The notes under the pieces were generated by a model, which ran no database searches, was not told the DNA's origin, and saw nothing but the letters and a program-made list of their open reading frames with translations. A stretch of DNA of 39,001 nucleotides from a bacterium (GTDB lineage Bacteria > Patescibacteriota > Minisyncoccia > UBA6257 > HR35): positions 1,935 through 40,935 of the forward strand of contig JBBINE010000006.1 of the NCBI GenBank assembly GCA_037444025.1, written 5' to 3'. Shown piece after piece: positions 32,158 to 39,001 of the stretch; position 1 is the first letter of the stretch, and each line of letters begins with the position of its first letter. A program made the position numbers and the translations under genes.

Positions 32158-32640
32158 TTAATTTTTAGTTCGAAAACTTTTATTGATTATTTCTTCAGCC
32201 CTTGTTCTTGGTGCCCAATCTTTGATCTTAACCCATTTACCTGGTTCGAGGTTTTTATAATTTTCAAAAAAGTGTTTAATTTTATCTTTAATAAAATTGG
32301 GTAATTCTTCAATTTCTTGATAAGCACCCATTAAAGGATCTATCTTTTTTGTCGGTACAGCAACTATTTTTTCATCTTGACCTTCTTCATCTTCCATCAA
32401 AAGTACACCGATAGGTATAGCTTTTATCATGCTTCCGGGTAAAACTTCTTGTTGACTAACTACTATAACATCAACTGGATCACCGTCATCAGCTAACGTT
32501 TCGGGAATAAAACCATAATTAAAAGGATAAGACATAGAAGTATATAAAAATCTATCTACTGATAATCGTCCGGTATCATGATCAAGTTCGTATTTAACAT
32601 TGCTACCTTGAGAAATTTCTACTAAAACTTTAATCTCCAT
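32158..32640 (-). CDS. ppa: Inorganic pyrophosphatase (family I)
   Basis: VEISQGSNVKYELDHDTGRLSVDRFLYTSMSYPFNYGFIPETLADDGDPVDVIVV ... PIGVLLMEDEEGQDEKIVAVP is a near-canonical PPase signature. Confidence 0.93.
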   Translation of the reverse strand: MEIKVLVEISQGSNVKYELDHDTGRLSVDRFLYTSMSYPFNYGFIPETLADDGDPVDVIVVSQQEVLPGSMIKAIPIGVLLMEDEEGQDEKIVAVPTKKIDPLMGAYQEIEELPNFIKDKIKHFFENYKNLEPGKWVKIKDWAPRTRAEEIINKSFRTKN

Positions 32641-33742
32641 GGTTTTCTTCTGGCTCAGCTAAACCGCCTTCAACTTCCTTTTCTGGATCAGAAGCTGAAC
32701 GAACATCGATCTTCCAGCCGGTAAGCCGAGCAGCTAGTTTAATATTTTGACCATTTTTACCTATAGCTAAAGAAATTTCATCTTCTGGAACTAAAACTAA
32801 AATTGTCCTTTTGGGTAAAGCTTTAACCTCTAAAACTTTTGCTGGCATTAAAGAATTAGCTATAAACTTTAAGGGATCTTCATCCCAGAGAATAATGTCT
32901 ATTCTTTCATTGTTTAATTCATTCATTATAGAAACAATCCTAGCTCCTTTAGCTCCAATACAAGCGCCCACAGGATCAATATTGGGTAATCTAGAAAAAA
33001 CAGCCATCTTGCTTCTCACTCCTGGATCTCGAGCAATTCCTTTGATCTCGATAATCCCTTCAGTAATTTCCGGAACTTCGACAGCAAAAATAGCGGGGAC
33101 CAGAAAGGGATGAGAACGAGAAAGATAAACTTGAACACCTTGATTATTTTTTTCCACCGCATAAACATAAAACCTCATCCTTTGACCTGGTCTATAGTTT
33201 TCTCCAAAAATTGTTTCATTTTTAAACATAACTCCTAAAATTTTTCCTAGATTAACAAAAACATTACCATTAGCATCTTTTCTTTCTATGATTCCACTTA
33301 TAGCTTTTCCTTCTTTATTTTTAAACTCACTATATAAAGAATGCTTTTCTGTTTCTCTTAACTTCTGTAAAATTACCTGTTTAGCCGTTTGAGCAGCAAT
33401 ACGACTAAATTCTTCTTTAACTGGAAGAAGAATATGAATTTCTTCGCCCACTTTGATTTCAGGATTTATTTTTTGAGCTTCTTCTATTAAGATATGTCTT
33501 TGAGAATTAAATTTAATACTTTTCTCTTCAATTTCTTTAGGGTCAATGACCTGTTTTACTAAATAGAAATTAATTTTGTCTCCTTCCTTTTTAGCTTTAA
33601 TATTAGCTTCTCTAAATTCAGAATCTTTCTTATAAGCAATAGCTAATGATTCCAAAACGGCATTTTCTACTTCCTCCTCAGAAAGACCCCTGTTTTGAGA
33701 AATTTGGTTAATTAAGTTGTTAATTTTACTAAAAGGTATCAT
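32630..33742 (-). CDS. nusA: Transcription termination/antitermination factor NusA
   Basis: It has an N-terminal domain and an S1 domain (ISGIIERKDANGNVFVNLGKILGVM). Two KH domains follow (RSKMAVFSRLPNIDPVGACIGAKGARI and SLAIGKNGQNIKLAARLTGWKIDV). 370 aa, with no rimP upstream. Confidence 0.93.
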   Translation of the reverse strand: MIPFSKINNLINQISQNRGLSEEEVENAVLESLAIAYKKDSEFREANIKAKKEGDKINFYLVKQVIDPKEIEEKSIKFNSQRHILIEEAQKINPEIKVGEEIHILLPVKEEFSRIAAQTAKQVILQKLRETEKHSLYSEFKNKEGKAISGIIERKDANGNVFVNLGKILGVMFKNETIFGENYRPGQRMRFYVYAVEKNNQGVQVYLSRSHPFLVPAIFAVEVPEITEGIIEIKGIARDPGVRSKMAVFSRLPNIDPVGACIGAKGARIVSIMNELNNERIDIILWDEDPLKFIANSLMPAKVLEVKALPKRTILVLVPEDEISLAIGKNGQNIKLAARLTGWKIDVRSASDPEKEVEGGLAEPEENHGD

Positions 33743-33838
33743 TGTTCATAATTTAATTTAATTATACAGACCGGTATTCTAATTTATATGATATAATAAA
33801 TATTATAAAACAAACAATAACAGAGAAAATTGATAGCA

Positions 33839-33985
33839 ATGGAAAACTTAATAAAATTTTTATCGTTAGTTTTTTGGATTTTATTGATCACTTCTATGTT
33901 TTTATGGTATAACGATAATAAAAATTTATTTTTCCCTAAAAGAGAAACAATTGAAAAATCTTATAATCCTAATCCTTTTAAGTAA
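33839..33985 (+). CDS. Possible 48-aa membrane peptide (hypothetical)
   Basis: ATG 33839 to TAA 33983-33985 translates as MENLIKFLSLVFWILLITSMFLWYNDNKNLFFPKRETIEKSYNPNPFK, with one hydrophobic helix. It is the only open frame in the 254-bp nusA/M23 gap. I recognise no homology, and it could be chance. Confidence 0.25.
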   Translation: MENLIKFLSLVFWILLITSMFLWYNDNKNLFFPKRETIEKSYNPNPFK

Positions 33986-33996
33986 TTTTTTAATTT

Positions 33997-34743
33997 TTAC
34001 TGTAAAAGTGGATTTTCCCTCCCTCTAACTTCAAAATGAAGATGACATCCTGTTGGCCCTTCAGTATAACCAGTATTTCCTACATAACCAACCAATTCTC
34101 CTTTTTGGACCTTTTCTCCAATTTCTACTGTTCTTAAACTTAAATGCCCATAAAGGGTGTAAAAATTAGTATGTTTAATTATTATATAATTACCATAACC
34201 TGAATTCCATCCGTCTATAGATTCAATAACAATACCGTCTTGACTTGAATACACAGGTGAACCACAAGGAGCAGCTATATCAGAACCATTCTGGCTATGC
34301 TTTTTACCCCAATTAAAGCCAGAAACAGGCACAATTAAATCTCCCAATTTAGTCATGGCAGAAACATATCTACCAACTACTCGAGTGAGAGAATTTCTAC
34401 TTTCCAACCTCACATTTGGCTTTATTCCTGGAAGGACAATTTTTTCTCCCTCTTTAACTACAGATTTCTCGGTTAGATAATTAGCTTCTAAAATTTTTTC
34501 TAAAGGAAGATTAAATTTTTTACTCACTGACCAAAGTGTTTCTCCTTTTTTAAGGATATAAACTAGATTTTTCTTCTCTTCTTCTGTTCTTTTTTGAAAA
34601 ACCTTATTAATTTTATCAATATCTTCTTGATCAAAATTTTTAGGAATTAAAAAATCTTGGTAAGAAGCAGAATTATTCTTTTTTTCTACCTCAAAAACTC
34701 CTAAAAAATCTTGAGCAAAGACAAAAGAACTCCACAATAACAA
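33997..34743 (-). CDS. LysM domain + M23 family metallopeptidase (peptidoglycan hydrolase)
   Basis: LysM: YILKKGETLWSVSKKFNLPLEKILEANYL...GEKIVLPG. M23: GYGNYIIIKH...YGHL...GELVGYVGNTGYTEGPTGCHLHFEV. The track start at 34743 is TTG and cuts into a signal-peptide-like stretch. The in-frame upstream sequence ISTSKITIIFSLLLWSSFVFA|QD has only ATT/ATA/ATC codons, so a non-AUG start up to 34776 is possible. Confidence 0.85.
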   Translation of the reverse strand: MLLWSSFVFAQDFLGVFEVEKKNNSASYQDFLIPKNFDQEDIDKINKVFQKRTEEEKKNLVYILKKGETLWSVSKKFNLPLEKILEANYLTEKSVVKEGEKIVLPGIKPNVRLESRNSLTRVVGRYVSAMTKLGDLIVPVSGFNWGKKHSQNGSDIAAPCGSPVYSSQDGIVIESIDGWNSGYGNYIIIKHTNFYTLYGHLSLRTVEIGEKVQKGELVGYVGNTGYTEGPTGCHLHFEVRGRENPLLQ

Positions 34744-34786
34744 ACTAAAAATGATTGTTATTTTTGAAGTACTAATGGTTAATAAA

Positions 34787-35374
34787 TTATAACATATTTA
34801 TAGATCTAAGCAAAAAATTTTGAACTAGGTTAACAAATTGAAAAAGATATCCTCCCATAAAAAAAATAAATACAAAAATAATTAAAAATCCGTAATTTTC
34901 TAAATAGCTATAATCTTCCAGGGATAATTTATATAAAAATACTTTAGAGCCATCTAGGGGAGGAATAGGTAAAAGATTAAATATCGCTAAGGTTAAATTT
35001 ATCCTTAACCCTAGTAGCCATATTTCTTGAGAAGAAAATTTATAAAGTAACAAAAAAAACAAAGCTAAAAAAATATTAACCAAAGGACCTGCTAAAGCAA
35101 TGTAAATTGAATCCCTTTGGGGATTCTTTAAATTATAAGGATTATAAAGAACTGGTTTAGCCCAACCAAAAATTATCTTAGCTAAATAAAAAGAAACAAG
35201 AGGTAAAACTAAAGTGCCCAAAGGATCTATGTGTGGAATAGGATTTAAGGTAATTCTACCTTCATATTTAGGGGTGTAATCTCCTAATTTGTAAGCAACA
35301 TAACCATGGGCTACCTCATGAAGAATAATAGAATAAACTATAATAAGAAATAAAATAAAAAGGGTTGTTATCAT
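34787..35374 (-). CDS. Site-2 protease family (M50) zinc metalloprotease, small form
   Basis: It has the HExxH motif (ILHEVAHGY) in the first TM region and FNLLPIPPLDGSKV (the NxxPxxxLDG motif). 195 aa and polytopic. ATGA junction with rpmB. Confidence 0.85.
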   Translation of the reverse strand: MITTLFILFLIIVYSIILHEVAHGYVAYKLGDYTPKYEGRITLNPIPHIDPLGTLVLPLVSFYLAKIIFGWAKPVLYNPYNLKNPQRDSIYIALAGPLVNIFLALFFLLLYKFSSQEIWLLGLRINLTLAIFNLLPIPPLDGSKVFLYKLSLEDYSYLENYGFLIIFVFIFFMGGYLFQFVNLVQNFLLRSINML

Positions 35375-35586
35375 ATCTTAATCTCTCCCCTAAGAACTTT
35401 TTTGCGACAATCTTTGCATACCAACAAACGGAAATGAGATTTATTATTGTTTCCTTTGGGGTCAATTTTTAAATACTGAAGATTAGATTTTTGAAAATAT
35501 GTATTTACAGGATTAAACTTACCCCTTAATTTTTTTCTTTTAACTACCTTTCTATAACCCTTGTGGCAAATTTCGCATTGTCTCAT
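35371..35586 (-). CDS. rpmB: 50S ribosomal protein L28 (Cys-containing, zinc-ribbon-type)
   Basis: MRQCEICHKGYRKVVKRKKLRGKFNPVNTYFQKSNLQ ... LLVCKDCRK follows the L28 pattern, with CxxC ... CxxC pairs. Confidence 0.8.
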   Translation of the reverse strand: MRQCEICHKGYRKVVKRKKLRGKFNPVNTYFQKSNLQYLKIDPKGNNNKSHFRLLVCKDCRKKVLRGEIKI

Positions 35587-35614
35587 CTTAGGAGAATATT
35601 ATATCATAAAATTA

Positions 35615-36919
35615 TTAAAAAGAGTAGGTTATTTTTAATTCATTAGAAGAGACTGGTTCTTCTTGAATTAAACGAGCCTCGGGAAAATTTTGAGAAATAA
35701 AGTCTTTAACCGATAAAATATCTTCTGTTTTTACTTTCAAAGAAAAACTTAGATTAGAACCTGAAGATAACTTAACTTCATCTAAGGAATCAATATTTAC
35801 TAAAGAAACTAATAATTGCCATTTTTTAAGATTATTTTCATCAAGATAATTTTTAATATTTAGGAAATCATTTATTTTAGAAGATAAATCGGATATAGAA
35901 ACTTGAGATGAAATTTGCTTTTCAATATATTTCTTTTCTTTATCCAAACGAAAACTTAAGGTTAAAAAGGAAAAAGAAAAGAAAAAGGCTAGTAATGTCA
36001 GAAAAACAACTAACATAATTAATATAGAGGGTAATCGATTTAAAAAATATGCTAAAGAAGTTTTTAAAGGTAAGAAATCTAAAACTTTTTTTCCTTTGAG
36101 TATTTGATTCAAAATTAAAAAACTTCCTTCTACTATTATTGCCTCTGGACTTTTTTCTTGAATTATCTGAGAATGAGAAATATTTTCTATTGGTCTAATT
36201 TTTTCCCAGGAAAAAAGTAATACTTTTCCTTCTGGATCTAAATCAGTTTTAAAAAAACCGTAATACCTAGAAATCAAAAATTGATAGTCGGCACCAGAAG
36301 TACTTTCTTCCCAAATCATTTTTTCTATTTTTAGTTTTTTTATCAGCATTACCAAAATCGAATTTTTTTCTAATATAAAGACTAAATAATCATCTTCAAA
36401 ATTAATAATTGCATTGTCTAATAGATACCGAAAATAAACAGTATTTGAAGGAGTAATAAAGAGAGGTATGATTTGTTTAAACTGAAAAATATTTATGATT
36501 TTAGTTATTATATCTTTATTTACAAAATAAATATTTAAAATAGATAAAGAAGAACCTATTCGATATTTATCTTCTTCGTAAGAAAAAGAATATTTCTCTA
36601 AAGGAAGAGGAAAAACTGTTTTTAAATAATTAAAAATCCCGCTACTAGAAACAAGGGATCTATTAATTATCTCTTTTTGAAATAGAAAAATAGGTAAATT
36701 TAATATTACCCCAACAACTCTGGTTCTATATTTAGAAGCAATATTTTCTAAAACTCTTTCTAGGTTATCAAAGTTAAAAACTTGTTGCTCGTAAATTGAA
36801 GCTTCAAATTTTTCGCTTTGAAATATCTTGAATTCTTCACCTATTTTCTTTAGTCTTAAAAAATATACTTCTTGACAATTAACAATTATTAAGTCAAATT
36901 TTTCACTAAAATCGATCAT
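35615..36919 (-). CDS. Hypothetical bitopic membrane protein with PilM-like-plus-PilN-like architecture (tentative)
   Basis: 434 aa. A cytoplasmic region of about 295 aa is followed by one TM helix (LPSILIMLVVFLTLLAFFFSFSFLTLSF), a short coiled-coil, and an extracytoplasmic alpha/beta region of about 100 aa. No canonical ATP-binding motifs are visible. The call rests on architecture only. Confidence 0.35.
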   Translation of the reverse strand: MIDFSEKFDLIIVNCQEVYFLRLKKIGEEFKIFQSEKFEASIYEQQVFNFDNLERVLENIASKYRTRVVGVILNLPIFLFQKEIINRSLVSSSGIFNYLKTVFPLPLEKYSFSYEEDKYRIGSSLSILNIYFVNKDIITKIINIFQFKQIIPLFITPSNTVYFRYLLDNAIINFEDDYLVFILEKNSILVMLIKKLKIEKMIWEESTSGADYQFLISRYYGFFKTDLDPEGKVLLFSWEKIRPIENISHSQIIQEKSPEAIIVEGSFLILNQILKGKKVLDFLPLKTSLAYFLNRLPSILIMLVVFLTLLAFFFSFSFLTLSFRLDKEKKYIEKQISSQVSISDLSSKINDFLNIKNYLDENNLKKWQLLVSLVNIDSLDEVKLSSGSNLSFSLKVKTEDILSVKDFISQNFPEARLIQEEPVSSNELKITYSF

Positions 36920-36993
36920 TTATTATTAAAACTTAAAAAGTTGCCTTACTTTATATTATAACTTTATATTCTCTTATTTAAAAATTATGAAAA

Positions 36994-38529
36994 TTATCTT
37001 CTAAACCATAATCCTAAATTAGAAAAACGAAATTCTGGAAATAATAAATATGGATCTTCAACGATTTGAATATCTTTATTAATAAGATATAGATAATAAG
37101 GATTAAGTAAAAATACATTATTACCGTTATTTAAAATTCTCTCTTCTATTTGAAGAATTTGTTCATTAAACTTTATCTGAGGATCCAAAATCAAATTTTG
37201 GAATTTTTTTTCCAATTCAATATCATTAAAATTGTTAATATTAAGACCACCCTGAGACCAAAAATAAAAAAGAAAAGGAGGATAAGAAAAATTAAGACCA
37301 TATAAAATAGCAGAATAGTTTTTCTCCTCCAGAAGTTTATTGATATCGCTTTCTTCTACTAAAGAAATTTTTATATTAAATTTTTCTTTTAAATACCTAG
37401 CTATATCAGGATAAAAATAAGTTGCAGGTACCGTTATTTCTAAATCCTTTAATGAAATATTTTCATTTTTTTCATGTTTTCTTTCCGGTAGCTGTGGATC
37501 TTTGAGAGCTAAGAGTTTTCTTATTTTAGAAGAAAAAATATATTTACTTTCTTCGGCCCTATCTTGAAAAATTTTTTGTATAATTTCTCTACGATTAATA
37601 TTTTTATCTAAAAATAAAATTTTTTCTTGGGAAATATTTTTACTATTAAAAAATATGCCCACAATACGTGGTAAAACAAATTCTTTAACATGATAATGAT
37701 AAGCAATATTAATAGGTAATTTAAAATAGTTGATGCCAGCTAATCCATCAATATTTTTAAGAAGTAAAGCATCAAAAGCATCCTTAGCACTGGGATAAAC
37801 ATAAAAAAGCACTTGATCTAAAAATGGTTTTTTATTGAAAAATTGATTTCTTTTTAAAGTTATGATTTTTAAATTGGCTTTTTCTTCTATTTTATCTAAA
37901 ACAAAAGGTCCGCTACCTATTTGATAAACTTCATAAGGTACCTCAGGTAAATTATATTGAGATAATTTTCGATGCGGTAAAATAGAAAGACGAGAAAGAT
38001 TATAGATAAAGTAGTTATCATTATTTTTAAGTTTAAATTCTGCTTTCTTTTCATCAATTATTTTTAATTCACTATTTTCAAAAAATCTTTTATATTCTGG
38101 TAAGCCATATTTTTTTATTGATTCAAAAGAAAAAAGAATATCATCAGTAGTAATTTTTGATCCGTCGCTCCATTTTAATTCATCCTTTAACTCTATTTGT
38201 AACGTTAAAAGATCAGAAGAAAAAAAGAAGTTTTTTATATACTTAGAAGAAATTTTACCTTGATAAAATTCAATTAGGGGCGGGTAAACTATATTAGTAA
38301 TGACTTTCTCGATCTCTTTTTGAGGATACAGAGGATTAAGATTATCGAAATTTTCGAAAAATCCTTCTCGATACATTCCTCCATATTTAGGTTTGACAAA
38401 ATATTTGCTATTAATTAAAGGAAAAAATATAAAAAATATTCCTAAAAGAAAAAATAAAAATATTAAAATCAGTTCTCTTGGTCTTTCAAAAAAAAACAAT
38501 CTTCTTAATCTAAGAAAAAGTTCTCTCAT
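36994..38529 (-). CDS. Family-5 solute-binding protein (OppA/DppA-like, SBP_bac_5) with an N-terminal membrane anchor
   Basis: KYGGMYREGFFENFDNLNPLY, LKDELKWSDGSKITTDDILFSFESIK and IGSGPFVLDK are typical SBP_bac_5 blocks. An N-terminal hydrophobic anchor is present. No ABC permease or ATPase gene lies in the window. Confidence 0.8.
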   Translation of the reverse strand: MRELFLRLRRLFFFERPRELILIFLFFLLGIFFIFFPLINSKYFVKPKYGGMYREGFFENFDNLNPLYPQKEIEKVITNIVYPPLIEFYQGKISSKYIKNFFFSSDLLTLQIELKDELKWSDGSKITTDDILFSFESIKKYGLPEYKRFFENSELKIIDEKKAEFKLKNNDNYFIYNLSRLSILPHRKLSQYNLPEVPYEVYQIGSGPFVLDKIEEKANLKIITLKRNQFFNKKPFLDQVLFYVYPSAKDAFDALLLKNIDGLAGINYFKLPINIAYHYHVKEFVLPRIVGIFFNSKNISQEKILFLDKNINRREIIQKIFQDRAEESKYIFSSKIRKLLALKDPQLPERKHEKNENISLKDLEITVPATYFYPDIARYLKEKFNIKISLVEESDINKLLEEKNYSAILYGLNFSYPPFLFYFWSQGGLNINNFNDIELEKKFQNLILDPQIKFNEQILQIEERILNNGNNVFLLNPYYLYLINKDIQIVEDPYLLFPEFRFSNLGLWFRR

Positions 38530-38554
38530 TAAATAACTAAAATTTTTTGTTCTT

Positions 38555-38761
38555 TTAAATAATTTTTACGAGTGAAATTAGCACAAAACCAATAACTAAA
38601 ATCCAGGTTAAATAATAAATTTTCTCCTCAAATCCTCTTCTTTTAAAGAAAAAATCGGCTTGAGAACCAAATAAAACTCCACCTTCGGCTCCTCTTTGCT
38701 GAATCAAAATTAAAAAAATAACAGCTATTCCCAGGATTAATTGAAAAAGATCAAGAATCAT
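38555..38761 (-). CDS. secG: Preprotein translocase subunit SecG
   Basis: 68 aa with two TM helices flanking LIQQRGAEGGVLFGSQ, which corresponds to the SecG LLQ.GKG.G.G..FG loop. Confidence 0.75.
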   Translation of the reverse strand: MILDLFQLILGIAVIFLILIQQRGAEGGVLFGSQADFFFKRRGFEEKIYYLTWILVIGFVLISLVKII

Positions 38762-38891
38762 CTTTGTTTTAAATTAATATTAATTATGTTTAATTAATCT
38801 ATTTTAACATAATTTAATTATTTTAAAAGATTTATTTTAAATCAAAAGATTTAGATTTATAATTATAAATATAATATAATATAAAGAGAAA

Positions 38892-39001
38892 ATGATAAGA
38901 ATAGTTAAAATATCAATTTTTGCATTTATTTTTTTATTTTCTCAGGTTAATCTTTCTTTTGCTCAAGAATCTCAAGTTTTTCCTTCAGCAAAGTGGGCGT
39001 G
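38892..39001 (+). CDS. Exported protein, N-terminal fragment only (runs off the window)
   Basis: The frame is open from ATG 38892 to the window end. MIRIVKISIFAFIFLFSQVNLSFA|QESQVFPSAKWA is a signal peptide with an AxA-like cleavage site. Confidence 0.5.
   Translation, partial: MIRIVKISIFAFIFLFSQVNLSFAQESQVFPSAKWA

Noticed and set aside
32811-33113. Track ORF of 100 aa antisense to nusA
   Set aside because: It lies inside the KH-domain region of nusA. The open frame reflects the slightly higher GC content of that conserved segment.
1-39001. CRISPR arrays, transposases, integrases, prophage or toxin-antitoxin modules, and classical defence islands
   Set aside because: I looked for regularly spaced repeats, inverted terminal repeats and recombinase-like ORFs and found none. 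The only tandem repeat is the 2 x 14 nt unit at 6767-6794. The only nuclease-like genes are solitary.

Overview
This is a strongly AT-rich, extremely gene-dense bacterial segment. Many neighbouring genes share ATGA or TAATG junctions, and several divergent gene pairs have almost no intergenic DNA. No database search was possible. By inference, the content best fits a Candidate Phyla Radiation / Patescibacteria-type reduced genome. The supporting features are a minimal IF-2, a secretin-less type IV pilus gene set, a eukaryote-type glycogen synthase, a stand-alone tRNA-Ile and small divergent housekeeping proteins.

I can support about 46 protein genes, 2 tRNAs, a few promoters, one terminator and one small tandem repeat. 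I saw no rRNA, CRISPR array, transposase, integrase or prophage signal. The standard genetic code fits, because TGA acts as a terminator in ATGA junctions.

Main blocks:
- 1-4.5 kb, minus strand: infC-rpmI, then overlapping LOG-like, MgtC and amino-acid permease genes, then a pilin fused to a LamG lectin-like domain, then a partial exported protein.
- 5-7.8 kb: tsaD, a major-pilin-like gene with a consensus promoter, and miaA.
- 7.9-13.6 kb, plus strand: a four-gene alpha-glucan/glycogen operon (GT4/5-like, GH57, GT3 glycogen synthase, GDE-type debrancher).
- 13.5-22.5 kb: a coiled-coil lytic transglycosylase, rplY, tRNA-Ile, thpR, an N-terminally short dnaE head-to-head with rnhB, rplS, a small nuclease-like protein, rbfA, infB and gatC.
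- 22.5-29.8 kb: a pilM, N-like, O-like, 88-aa, pilB, pilT, pilC, pilD operon, with comF divergent from it.
- 30.4-38.8 kb: tpiA, tRNA-His, an ATP-cone/Mrr-like nuclease, ppa, nusA, a LysM-M23 peptidase, an M50 protease, rpmB, a PilM/N-like membrane protein, an orphan family-5 solute-binding protein and secG.

The most interesting candidate system is the distributed retractile pilus apparatus with its LamG-bearing pilin paralogue. No defence-island-like system was recognised.

The supplied ORF track translates TTG starts as M, so I trimmed several starts to the first ATG. It also missed rpmI and both edge-truncated ORFs.
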